64,000 nucleotides of DNA from Patescibacteria group bacterium. GTDB lineage: Bacteria; Patescibacteriota; Microgenomatia; UBA8517. Under the pieces are notes generated by a model. The model searched no databases. It was given only the letters and a program-made list of their open reading frames with translations, and was not told where the DNA came from. Made by a program: the position numbers and the translations under genes. The stretch spans positions 1,456 to 65,455 of the forward strand of contig JADFPI010000001.1 in NCBI GenBank assembly GCA_022562395.1, in the 5' to 3' direction. Positions 6,930-16,700 of the stretch are shown piece by piece (position 1 is the first letter of the stretch; every line of letters begins with the position of its first letter).

Positions 6930-7071
6930 AGCCCTTCTTCAAAGATTAAAAGTCAAGAAGCTCTTGAGTTACTTTCAGTGTGGTTTCAGGGTGCTCTATC
7001 GTCCCCAACCATTTTAACTGTTCTAAAATCATCCCGTCGGGTGAGGGGTTTCATACAGAGCGAAATATGGG

Positions 7072-7077
7072 TATAAT
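7072..7077 (+). promoter_or_regulatory. -10 TATAAT for alaS (leaderless; ATG at 7087)
   Basis: gggtataat immediately before the CDS. The track's TTG start at 7078 overlaps the -10 and is rejected. Confidence 0.5.
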
Positions 7078-7086
7078 TTGCGCAGG

Positions 7087-8850
7087 ATGAAGGCCAAAAA
7101 TTTGAAGAAAAAATACCTTGATTTTTTTAAAAGTCGGGGGCACGCAGTAATTCCTTCGGCCTCTTTGATTCCAGAGAATGATCCTTCTGTTTTGTTCATT
7201 TCGGCAGGGATGCACCCGTTGGTTCCTTATCTTTTGGGCGAGCCGCACCCGGAAGGCAAAAGGCTGACTAATTTTCAGAGGTGTCTAAGAACCGGTGATA
7301 TTGATGAAGTTGGAGACGCTGCACATCATACCTTTTTCGAGATGCTGGGCAATTGGTCTTTGGGTGATTACTGGAAAAAAGAGGCGATTGAGTGGTCTTA
7401 TGAATTTTTGACCAAAGAACTTTCTTTGAGTTCAAAGAGGCTTTGGATTACCTGTTTTGCAGGAGATAAAGATGCGCCTCGCGACACCGAATCAGCCGAG
7501 GTTTGGAAAAGTTTGGGAGTTCCTGACAAAAGAATATTTTTTTATGGGAAGGAGGAGAATTGGTGGGGGCCGGCAGGAGAAACCGGGCCTTGTGGGCCCG
7601 ACACGGAGATGTTTTATGACACCACCGGTAGTCCACATGCAGGAAATTGTAAGCCCGGCGACAAGTGTGGTCGCTTTTTCGAAATTTGGAACGATGTTTT
7701 CATGCAATACAACAAGACTAAAGAAGGAAAGTATGAACCCCTTGAACAGAAAAATGTCGATACCGGAATGGGAGTTGATCGAACGACTGCGGTTTTATCA
7801 GGGCTCGACGACGATTATAAAGTCACCGACCTCTGGGGAAATATTCTTAAGACAATCGAGGAGTCAACGAAGTCAAAATACAAAGGTAACGAGAAAGCTC
7901 ATCGAGTAATTGCCGACCATGTTCGAGCGGCCACTTTTGTGATTCAAGACGGCGTGGTGCCTTCAAACAAAGAGCGCGGTTATGTTTTAAGAAGACTAAT
8001 AAGAAGGGCGATTCGATACGGACGGATTTTGGGTGTTGATAAACCATTTCTGACAGAAATTTCAAAGTCAGTTATTAAATCTTACCAAGACCAATATCCG
8101 GAACTTGAGGAAAAATCAGGCCAAATAAAAGAGGTGTTGGATGACGAGGAAAATAAGTTTTTCCACACCCTTGCCAAGGGTTTGCGCGAAATCGAAAAAC
8201 TGGGAGAATTGGACGGGAAAAAGGCATTTTTTCTTTACGAAACATTTGGATTTCCCTTGGAGCTTACCGAAGAGATTGCCAGGGACAAGGGGCAAAAAAT
8301 TGATATAGAGGAGTTTGAGGGGCAGTTTGAAAAACATAAAAAGAAATCTCGTAGTGCTTCTGCCGGGATGTTTAAAGGGGGGCTTGCCGATCATTCAAAG
8401 GAGGTAATTAGGCTTCATACTGCAACCCACCTTCTTCATTGGGCCCTGCGGGAAGTCTTAGGCAAAAGTGTTCACCAAGAAGGGAGTAATATTACCAAAG
8501 AGAGGTTAAGATTTGATTTTTCGCACCAACAAAAATTAACTGAAAGTGAAATTAAAAAGGTCGAGAAATTAATTAACGAAAAAATAAAAGAAGATTTACC
8601 CGTTCACAAAAGCGTTGAGGAAAAAGAAAAGGCGTTAAAGTCCGGCGCGCTGGCAAATTTTGCCGAAACTTATCCGGAAAAAGTTTCAGTTTACACCATA
8701 GGGAAAGATTTAAAGAAGAACTGGGTTAGCAAGGAGGTGTGCGGCGGGCCGCACGTAAAGACTACTTCCGAAATTGGGCGTGTTAGAATTAAAAAACAAG
8801 AAAAAATAGGAACGGACCTGATAAGAATATACGCGATTATTGAGAGCTAA
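7087..8850 (+). CDS. alaS: alanyl-tRNA synthetase, short form (catalytic + tRNA-binding + editing core; no C-Ala domain)
   Basis: N-terminal FFKSRGHAVIPSASLIPENDPSVLFISAGMHP class-II AlaRS motifs. Editing motifs HTATHLLHWAL and CGGPHV. The product is only about 588 aa. Confidence 0.85.
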   Translation: MKAKNLKKKYLDFFKSRGHAVIPSASLIPENDPSVLFISAGMHPLVPYLLGEPHPEGKRLTNFQRCLRTGDIDEVGDAAHHTFFEMLGNWSLGDYWKKEAIEWSYEFLTKELSLSSKRLWITCFAGDKDAPRDTESAEVWKSLGVPDKRIFFYGKEENWWGPAGETGPCGPDTEMFYDTTGSPHAGNCKPGDKCGRFFEIWNDVFMQYNKTKEGKYEPLEQKNVDTGMGVDRTTAVLSGLDDDYKVTDLWGNILKTIEESTKSKYKGNEKAHRVIADHVRAATFVIQDGVVPSNKERGYVLRRLIRRAIRYGRILGVDKPFLTEISKSVIKSYQDQYPELEEKSGQIKEVLDDEENKFFHTLAKGLREIEKLGELDGKKAFFLYETFGFPLELTEEIARDKGQKIDIEEFEGQFEKHKKKSRSASAGMFKGGLADHSKEVIRLHTATHLLHWALREVLGKSVHQEGSNITKERLRFDFSHQQKLTESEIKKVEKLINEKIKEDLPVHKSVEEKEKALKSGALANFAETYPEKVSVYTIGKDLKKNWVSKEVCGGPHVKTTSEIGRVRIKKQEKIGTDLIRIYAIIES

Positions 8851-8852
8851 TA

Positions 8853-8976
8853 GTAGAAATTGGTTGTTTGGAAAATGGAAATTAGTAATGGAAATTGGAA
8901 ACTAGAGAATGGATTGAAGCTAATTTCTACTTTCTACTTTCAATTACCAATCTCTAATTTCTAATAACTAATTTCT
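8853..8976. repeat. AT-rich GGAAAT(T)G(G) short tandem repeats in both orientations
   Basis: ggaaaatggaaattagtaatggaaattggaaactagag ... ctaatttctactttctactttcaattaccaatctctaatttctaa. Confidence 0.7.
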
Positions 8977-11220
8977 ATGTCATTAAAGGATTTATTGCCT
9001 AATACAAAAGATAAAGAGAGTAGTGAGCACTTCTGGGCATTGGTTATCGAGCCCGGCTGGGTCCAAGCAGGGATATGGACAATAGAGAAAGATGAGGCAA
9101 GGGTTGTTTCTATGAGTCCGGCCACTGCTTGGGAGGCAGAAGAGGATTTGATAGGAGCTTCTGACACCGCCCTATCGGCCGCAGTTCAGAATTTTGACGA
9201 GGAATTGGGAGAGCCTGAAAAAACTGTTTTTGGAGTTGCTTCTTCTTGGGTTTCCGAGGGCCAGATAAAGAAAGAATACTTGGAAAAAATCAGACAGATA
9301 TGCACCAAGCTTTCTTTGACGCCTTCGGGGTTCGTGGTGCTCCCGGAAGCAATCGCCAATTTTTTGAAGGCTGAAGAGGGCGCGCCGCTAAGCGCAATAG
9401 TGGTTGGCCTTGGGCCGGAAAGTATCGAGGTAGCAGTTTTTAAGCTAGGAAATTTGATAGGAACGGTAGAAGTGGCCAGAAGTGTTTCAATCTCCGACGA
9501 CGTAGCCGAGGGACTTTCTCGCTTTACCCCGGGTGAAACTTTTCCTTCTAGGTTTTTAGTCTATAACGGAAAGAAGGTAGAGTTGGAGGACGCCCGGCAA
9601 GCCTTGCTTAAAACCGACTGGGAGATACTAAAGATTAAATTTTTGCACACTCCCAAAGTTGAACTCATCGACTCTGAAAAGAAAGTTTTAGCGGTTTGTC
9701 TTGCCGGAGCATCAGAACTTGCCGATGTCAACTTGATTGCCAGAGAAGGGGAAGACGAAGAAGCCGTAGAAAATTTGGTTGAGCCCAAAGAAGAAGTTTC
9801 TCCGGAAGAGCTGGGTTTTGTGATAGGCGAGGATATTGCTAAAACTAAGCCCACAAGCGAAGAGGTGAGTGTTCAAGCCCAAGTCCAAAAACAAGTTTCA
9901 AGGCCAGAAAAAGCGGACGTGCCCGAAGCCGGAGAAGTAAAAGAGGCAAAAAAAGAAAAAAAGAAATTTACTGACAGGTTCCTCTTCTTTAAAAAGATTA
10001 ACCCATTTGCTATTTTAAGGGGGGTAAAAAAAGAAATTACGGCCGTTTCTAGAAAAACAGGAAGCTTTGATATTTTAGGTGCAATGACTAAAAGAATGCT
10101 TATCTTTGGGGTAATATTTTTATTTTTGGTTTTGGGTGGCGCTTTTGCTGCTTGGTGGTATTTACCGAAAGCGACGGTTGCAATATTTATTGCTCCCAAA
10201 AAGCTCGAACAGACATTGACCATTTTTGTCGACTCAAGAAACGGCAACCTGGAAGGCAAAGAAAATGTTTTGTCGGGGGAGGCTCTTGAGACAATAGTTT
10301 CTGGAGAAAAAACCAGGCAGGCTTCCGGGACAAAAACGGTCGGCGAGCGGGCCAAAGGAGTTGTCAGTATCCAAAACGGCACAGTAAATGATATCAGTTT
10401 GCCAAGCGGGACTTTTCTTGTTGGGCCAAACGACCTAAGCTTCACCACAGACTCTCAAGTTTTAATCCCGGCGGCTACTTCTCCCAGTAGTCCCGGACAA
10501 GCAGAGACAAACGTGACGGCTTCGGACATTGGGGCGGAATATAACTTGGCAAAGGATGAAAAGTTTAGTGTCGGCAATTTCGCGAAGGCAGAAGTGGATG
10601 CGACCGCTGTTTCTGATTTTAGTGGAGGAACGAGTAAGCAAATAGCGGTTGTTTCGGAAGAAGACCAAACGCAGCTTGAGAATGAGCTAGTCGACGAGCT
10701 TACTGAAAAAGCCTCCAGAGAGCTTCCCGGAAAAATTGCCGAAGGAGAGCTCTTCATTGAAGAGGCATTAAAAAGCGAGATAACAAAGCGCTCCTTTAGC
10801 CATAAGGTTGGCGATGAGACATCTAATGTAAAACTGTCTCTCACAACGGCGGTACTGGGGCTATCGGTGGAACGGGCAGATTTATTACAACTTGCAAAAG
10901 AGATACTTGAGGAGAAAGCTCCAGCCGGCTATGTATTAAGAGAGGAACAGGTGGATGTAAGTTTTAAATTTGTGGGGGAAGAAGAAGGCGTTTATGAATT
11001 GGCGGCGGTGTTCACGGCCAATTTTCTTCCTCAAGTAGATACCGAGGACATAAAGAAAAATATCGTCGGAAAGTATCCAACTATAGCTAGTGATTATTTA
11101 ACGGAGATTGCCGGATTTACCCGCGCTGAAATTTCCATTGTGCCGGAGTTGCCGGGTAGACTCGGAACGTTGCCAAGGATTGGTAAAAATATTAAAATTG
11201 AAATTGCGCCTGAGAGGTAA
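8977..11220 (+). CDS. hypothetical membrane protein (747 aa; N-terminal cytoplasmic domain, one central TM helix, long Glu/Ser/Thr-rich exodomain)
   Basis: Long ORF with TM MLIFGVIFLFLVLGGAFAAWWYL around aa 370. No confident family. The N-terminus faintly resembles the actin/PilM fold (inference, weak). Confidence 0.6.
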   Translation: MSLKDLLPNTKDKESSEHFWALVIEPGWVQAGIWTIEKDEARVVSMSPATAWEAEEDLIGASDTALSAAVQNFDEELGEPEKTVFGVASSWVSEGQIKKEYLEKIRQICTKLSLTPSGFVVLPEAIANFLKAEEGAPLSAIVVGLGPESIEVAVFKLGNLIGTVEVARSVSISDDVAEGLSRFTPGETFPSRFLVYNGKKVELEDARQALLKTDWEILKIKFLHTPKVELIDSEKKVLAVCLAGASELADVNLIAREGEDEEAVENLVEPKEEVSPEELGFVIGEDIAKTKPTSEEVSVQAQVQKQVSRPEKADVPEAGEVKEAKKEKKKFTDRFLFFKKINPFAILRGVKKEITAVSRKTGSFDILGAMTKRMLIFGVIFLFLVLGGAFAAWWYLPKATVAIFIAPKKLEQTLTIFVDSRNGNLEGKENVLSGEALETIVSGEKTRQASGTKTVGERAKGVVSIQNGTVNDISLPSGTFLVGPNDLSFTTDSQVLIPAATSPSSPGQAETNVTASDIGAEYNLAKDEKFSVGNFAKAEVDATAVSDFSGGTSKQIAVVSEEDQTQLENELVDELTEKASRELPGKIAEGELFIEEALKSEITKRSFSHKVGDETSNVKLSLTTAVLGLSVERADLLQLAKEILEEKAPAGYVLREEQVDVSFKFVGEEEGVYELAAVFTANFLPQVDTEDIKKNIVGKYPTIASDYLTEIAGFTRAEISIVPELPGRLGTLPRIGKNIKIEIAPER

Positions 11221-11222
11221 AT

Positions 11223-11930
11223 ATGAAAAAGATGGTTCTTTGGAAAACTGCCAGTCTAGTTTCTTTGATTTTGGGATTTTTTTTATTGGCTTCGGTTGTT
11301 GTTCCCATAATTTCATACGAGAGCGCTTCTCGCGAAAAGTACCCCGATCTCTTGAGCCCTATTGTCGCAAATAAACCCGTCCCCAAGCTTGAGTCCTTTG
11401 ATTATACTCGGGCGAGTAATTGGTTTATTGATGATTTGCCCACGGAAGAATTTATTTCTTCCAATATTTCTTACTATACTTTTTCTATCCCGAAGTTGGG
11501 AATAGAAAATGCCAGGGTCAATATAGGCGGAGAGGATTTGTCAAAGAGCCTTATTCAATATCCCGGAACTGCCCGCCCGGGTAAAGAAGGAAATACTGTA
11601 GTTTTTGGACACTCAATCCTTCCGCAGTTTTTTAATCCAAAAAACTACATTGCAATATTTTCTACATTGCCTGATTTGGAAAAAGGAGACGCAATAAATA
11701 TCGAATATGATGGAATTTCTTATACCTATATAGTTCAGGATATGTTTGAGGTGCTACCGACGGACCTTTATGTATTGGACCAAGGACAGAATGATTCTTA
11801 CCTATCAGTGATAACTTGTGTTCCTCCAGGACACCCTCTTAAGCCAAGAAGATTAGTGGTTAGAGCTAGAATTGTTCCTTTTGAAGCTTCGAGGCTTTCT
11901 CAACAGATAAATGCGGATATTAGGAATTGA
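11223..11930 (+). CDS. sortase (transpeptidase)
   Basis: N-terminal signal-anchor, GNTVVFGHS (His), LSVITCVPPG (TLxTC-type Cys) and RLVVRAR (Arg). Confidence 0.8.
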   Translation: MKKMVLWKTASLVSLILGFFLLASVVVPIISYESASREKYPDLLSPIVANKPVPKLESFDYTRASNWFIDDLPTEEFISSNISYYTFSIPKLGIENARVNIGGEDLSKSLIQYPGTARPGKEGNTVVFGHSILPQFFNPKNYIAIFSTLPDLEKGDAINIEYDGISYTYIVQDMFEVLPTDLYVLDQGQNDSYLSVITCVPPGHPLKPRRLVVRARIVPFEASRLSQQINADIRN

Positions 11931-12291
11931 TTACGGAAAGAAAAAAATTGGATTATCGATAGCGACCTCTCCGATAGCTGAGCCGTATAAGGTTGTCCGT
12001 TTTAAATCAGAAGAGGAGATGTTGGAAAAACTATCAAGGGTGTCAAAGACCCTAAGGGTGGCAAAAATAGTGGTTGGGGTTTCGGAGGGGAAAATGGGAA
12101 AAGAGTCTAGAAGATTTGGCAGTAAAATTGAAGAAAAGCTCAAAATTCCGGTTGTTTTTCAGGATGAGACTTTGACAACCCGAGAGGCCCAAGAACTCTC
12201 ACGAAAAGCAGGACTTAAAAGAAAAAAGAGACGCGGTTTAGAGGATGCCTATTCAGCCACACTAATCCTCCAACGTTATCTTGATAATTAG
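11911..12291 (+). CDS. ruvX: Holliday junction resolvase-like protein YqgF/RuvX
   Basis: ILGIDYGKKKIGLSIA, DETLTTREA and DAYSATLILQRYLD motifs. Confidence 0.8.
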   Translation: MRILGIDYGKKKIGLSIATSPIAEPYKVVRFKSEEEMLEKLSRVSKTLRVAKIVVGVSEGKMGKESRRFGSKIEEKLKIPVVFQDETLTTREAQELSRKAGLKRKKRRGLEDAYSATLILQRYLDN

Positions 12292-12346
12292 AAAATCTTT
12301 ATTTTACTGTTGATACCCTTTACTGTGTTATACTTGGGCTGTCAAT

Positions 12347-12547
12347 ATGTTCAAAAATGTTATCGCGCCGATTCAGGCCTGGCTTTTGAGCCAGGGAAAG
12401 TGTGTGGCCGATGGGCGGTCACTTTCGGAGGGTAAACGTGAGAAAAGGGGCGACGGAACTTTCAAGATTACCCACTCGTGTGGAAGAATATATATGTACG
12501 ACTCCAAAACAAAAAAGTATCGAAGGGCCCTTCTGGAAGAAGTCTAA
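12347..12547 (+). CDS. small hypothetical protein (66 aa)
   Basis: ORF only, with no clear signals. Confidence 0.25.
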   Translation: MFKNVIAPIQAWLLSQGKCVADGRSLSEGKREKRGDGTFKITHSCGRIYMYDSKTKKYRRALLEEV

Positions 12548-12567
12548 TCTGTTAAAATCCTAAAGAA

Positions 12568-13608
12568 ATGAAGAAATTTCCCTTTTTCGTTTTTCTGCTA
12601 ATCATTGTTGCGGTTCTTGTAGGGGTTTTAGGTGCGAGTTGGTGGAAGACCAACATAAAGGCTCCGTCACGCGAAGCTTCAATTGAGAGATTTGTTATTC
12701 CCAAAGGCTATTCTGCTTCCCAAATAGGAAATAGATTGTTTGAGCAGGGATTTATTAAAAATTCTCTGGCTTTCAAGTTTTATGTACAAGTCACCGGAAA
12801 AGCGGAAAAAATTCAAGCAGGTGAATTCACCCTGAGCCAGAACTTTTCATTGATTGAGGTGGTCGAAAGATTAACGGGCGGACCGGAGGAACTTTGGATT
12901 ACAATTCCGGAAGGGTTACGGCGAGAGGAGGTAGTCGAAAGAGTGATAGAAAGCCTGGAATTGGAGCCAGGAAAAGCCACCGTTTTTCGTAAGGAGTTTT
13001 TGGCTGAAACGGATGGTAAAGAGGGATTTTTATTTCCAGATACTTATCTGTTCCCCGGGGACATTGTGGCAAGTGTCGTTGTAGAAAAACTTGAAAGAAC
13101 TCTAGACAATAAAATTAGCGAATTTGCGGGTGCGATCTCTTCAAGCGGATATTCTGAAAAGGAGATTATTACCCTTGCGTCGATTATTGAGAGAGAAACT
13201 AAGACTGATAAAGAAAGGCCGGTTGTTGCCGGAATACTTTTTAATAGGCTTAAAATAGGGATGGCATTGCAAGTAGATGCCACGGTTCAATACGCGGTTG
13301 CAAATGTCAAATGTCAAATGTCCCCGGCCTCGCCAAGCGAAGCGGGGCGGGTAAATGTTAAATGTGGTGACTGGTGGCCGACATTGACGAAACAAGATTT
13401 GAAGATAGATTCACCTTACAATTCGTACAAATTTACCGGCTTACCTCCCGCTCCAATTGCCAATCCCGGAGTTTCTTCAATTCGCGCCGTTATATTCCCT
13501 GAAGATAGTGATTATTTGTATTATATCCACGATTCCGGGGGCAACATTCATTATGCGAAAACGCTAGAAGAACATAATGAGAATGTAAGAAGATATTTGG
13601 GTAAGTAG
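12568..13608 (+). CDS. mltG: endolytic murein transglycosylase MltG/YceG-like
   Basis: N-terminal TM, FVIPKGYSASQIGNRLFEQGFI, LASIIERETK and YNSYKFTGLPPAPIANPG motifs. Contains an in-frame (caaatgt)x3 microrepeat at 13298-13320. Confidence 0.8.
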   Translation: MKKFPFFVFLLIIVAVLVGVLGASWWKTNIKAPSREASIERFVIPKGYSASQIGNRLFEQGFIKNSLAFKFYVQVTGKAEKIQAGEFTLSQNFSLIEVVERLTGGPEELWITIPEGLRREEVVERVIESLELEPGKATVFRKEFLAETDGKEGFLFPDTYLFPGDIVASVVVEKLERTLDNKISEFAGAISSSGYSEKEIITLASIIERETKTDKERPVVAGILFNRLKIGMALQVDATVQYAVANVKCQMSPASPSEAGRVNVKCGDWWPTLTKQDLKIDSPYNSYKFTGLPPAPIANPGVSSIRAVIFPEDSDYLYYIHDSGGNIHYAKTLEEHNENVRRYLGK

Positions 13609-13617
13609 TTTTTCTTC

Positions 13618-13645
13618 TTGACAGGGTCAAAAGTGTGTGTATAAT
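13618..13645 (+). promoter_or_regulatory. Near-consensus sigma70 promoter TTGACA-N16-TATAAT upstream of rpoB
   Basis: -35 at 13618-13623 and -10 at 13640-13645 with an upstream GTGTG. Confidence 0.65.
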
Positions 13646-13675
13646 TTCCCTAGGCGTACGCAACGGTACGCAGAA

Positions 13676-13698
13676 CCCCCGTTTAACGGGGGAATTTT
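13676..13698 (+). promoter_or_regulatory. rpoB leader hairpin CCCCCG-tttaa-CGGGGG + AATTTT (attenuator-like)
   Basis: 6-bp GC stem followed by a U-rich tract, in the 5' UTR. A second hairpin GCGTAC-gcaacg-GTACGC lies at 13654-13671. Confidence 0.5.
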
Positions 13699-13704
13699 CC
13701 GTCT

Positions 13705-16700
13705 TTGACCGCCGAAAGTTTCATCCTAATGGCCCAAGTAAAACGCCGTAATTTTGGAAAAGAAGAAGGTAAGTTGCCTAAGCTGGACCTTTCTGCTGTT
13801 CAGATAGAATCTTGGGAAGGGTTTATAACAGAGGGGATAGCTCAGGAGATTTCCGAAATTACTCCAATAAACGACTTTACTGGAAAAAACTGGCAGCTCA
13901 CCCTTGGTGAGCACATACTTGGCGAACCCTCAATTAGCCCAGGGGTTGCTTCTGAAAAAGGTCTCACTCATTCCTCCCCCCTAAAAGTTAAAACCACCCT
14001 AATAAACAAAAAAACAGGAAAGGAAGTAAGGCAGGAAGTTTTTATGGGAGATCTTCCCCAAATGACCTCTCGCGGAACATTTATAGTAAATGGGGTTGAG
14101 AGAGCCGTGATTAATCAGCTCGTGCGCTCGCCGGGAATTTATTTTTCTGGGGAACTTGATGTCTCCTCAGGCCGAATGCTTTACAAGGCAGAAGTCAGGC
14201 CCCTTCATGGTTCCTGGCTGGAGTTTGAAGTAAACAGAAACGGTGTGATGGCAGCAAGAATAGACAGAAGAAGAAAAGTTACCGCGACCATCCTTCTAAG
14301 AGCGATGGGGATTGAGACAGAAAAAGAGCTAAAGGAGGTTTTTAAAGAGGTAGATAATAATCCTCAGCACAGATATTTGGAAAGTACGCTCGAGAAAGAC
14401 CCGACTGGAAATCGTGAAGAGGCCCTTTTAGAAATTTTTAGAAAGTTAAGACCGGGAGAGCCGGCGGTGCTGGAGAATGCCGAGGAGCTTTTTAATAACT
14501 TGTTCTTTGAGCCAAGGCGCTACAACCTTGGAAAAGTCGGTAGATTCAAAATTAACAAGAGGTTGGGATTGAAGCTCCCTAATGATAAATCAACTTGGGT
14601 TTTGACAAGGCAAGACATTATCGGAACAATTTCCTACCTAATAGGCCTACAAAATGGCGAAGGGAGAGTAGACGACATCGACCATTTAGCCAACAGAAGA
14701 CTAAGGAGGGTTGGTGAACTGGTGGCTACTAATTCTTTCAGGATTGGTCTTTTGAGGCTGGAGAGAAGTGTCAAAGAGAAAATGAGCCTGATTTCGCCGG
14801 ACGACAAGCCAATTCCGGCAAATCTAATAAACGCACGCCCCCTGATTGCTTCCTTGAACGAGTTTTTTCGCTCAAATCAGCTTTCCACAATACTTGACGA
14901 TACCAACCCATTAAGTGAAATAGACAACCTAAGGCGCGTTTCTGTTTTGGGCCCGGGTGGTATCAATCGTGAGCGCGCTTCTTTTTCAATACGCGACGTA
15001 AATTCTTCTCAATACGGAAGAATAGACCCGGTCAGGTCACCGGAGGGACCTAATATTGGTCTGGTTACTTACCTTGCGCTTTATGCACGAGTTAATGAGT
15101 ATGGGTTTTTGGAAACACCTTATAGGAAAGTAAAAAAGGTAAGAAAAGGGAGGAAGATAAAGGCCAAGGTAACCGATGAAATAGAATATCTTGCCGCTGA
15201 TGATGAGGAGGGATATCATATAACACATTCGGGAGTAGGCACAGACGGACATGGGTATATCACCGATAGCAGAGTTGCGTTAAGGTATAAATCAGAGTTT
15301 ATAGAAGGAGCCTCAGAGCTGGTTGACTATATCGATATTAGTCCACGCCAGGTGGTGGGTGCTTCTGCGTCTTTGATTCCTTTCTTGGCCCACGACGAAG
15401 GTAACCGCGCTCTTATGGGCTCGAACATGCAGTGCCAGGCTGTTCCTCTTGTAAAAACAGAATCTCCAATTGTTGGGACTGGAATGGAAGGACCAATTGC
15501 TGAAGGGATGGGAAGAGTTATTAAGGCTAGAAATGCGGGGACGGTGCAAAGCGCTGATGCAAGTCAGGTGGTCGTTAAACTTCACAAAAAGACTTCCGAT
15601 TTTTCCTCAGAAGAGATTGAGGTAAAAGATTCCGGTAAACAGGAGGCATATACGATTACAAAGTTTAAGAAGACTTCGCATTCAACCTGTTATAACCAAA
15701 GGGTTTTGGTCAAAGAAGGACAGAAGATAAAAGCAGGAGATATTTTGGCAGACGGACCGGCAATGGAAGAGGGAGAACTTGCTTTGGGCCAAAACTTACT
15801 AGTTGCCTATTGTTCATTCGAAGGATACGGTTTTGAGGACGCTATTTTGATTTCGGATAGGCTGGTTAAAGAGGACCTGATGACTTCAATTCACATCGAG
15901 GAATATGAGGCAGACATTGTTGATACAAAGCTTGGGCCAGAAGAACTTACTCGCGACATTCCAAATGTGGCGGAGAGTGATTTGGTAAATCTGGCAGAGG
16001 ACGGAATTGTAGTAGTCGGGGCAGAAGTTGGGCCAAACGACATCTTGGTCGGAAAAATTGCGCCCAAAGGGGAAACCGAGCTGACGGCAGAAGAGAGACT
16101 TTTGAGGGCAATTTTTGGCGAAAAGGCGCGTGAAGTTCGCGATACGTCTTTGCGTGTCCCCCATGGCCAAAAGGGAATTGTTGTCGACGTTCAAATACTA
16201 GACCGGGAAAAGGGAGACGAGCTTGGCCCGGGTGTTCTTAAAAGAGTAATAGTGCGTGTTGCCCAGATGAGGAAAATAACGGTAGGAGACAAGGTTGCAG
16301 GAAGACATGGAAACAAGGGGGTTATTGCCAAAATTATGCCGGTTGCCGACATGCCACATCTTGAAGACGGAACGCCAATTGACGTTATTATCTCCCCCCT
16401 GTCAGTTCTTGCTCGAATGAATTTAGGTCAGCTTTTAGAGTGTCACCTTGGTTGGGCCTTAAGCAAAAGGGGCGAGCGTGCCCAAGTTCCTGTGTTTGAG
16501 AAAGTGACCGAGGACATAATCACAAAAGAGCTAAAGGATTCTGGCCTTCCTGTTTCCGGAAAGGCCCAGCTTTATGATGGAAGAACGGGTGAGGCATTTA
16601 AAGAAGATACCGTTGTCGGAATTGGCTACATAATGAAGCTGATACATATGGTTGAGGATAAAACTCACGCTCGTTCTACCGGACCATATTCTTTGGTCAC

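Noticed and set aside
7078-7086. Track start (TTG at 7078) for alaS.
   Set aside because: The TTG overlaps the -10 hexamer. ATG 7087 (MKAKNLKKKYLDFF...) matches the AlaRS N-terminus.
9561-10844. Minus-strand track ORFs (97, 191, 129 aa) inside the 747-aa membrane protein gene.
   Set aside because: They are antisense to a long ORF, Ser/Thr-rich by mirror composition, and have no signals.
13298-13320. (caaatgt)x3 tandem repeat inside mltG as a possible phase-variation site.
   Set aside because: It is 21 nt and in-frame (encodes VKCQMS), so slippage by one unit would not shift the frame, and there is no evidence of variability; it is noted only.
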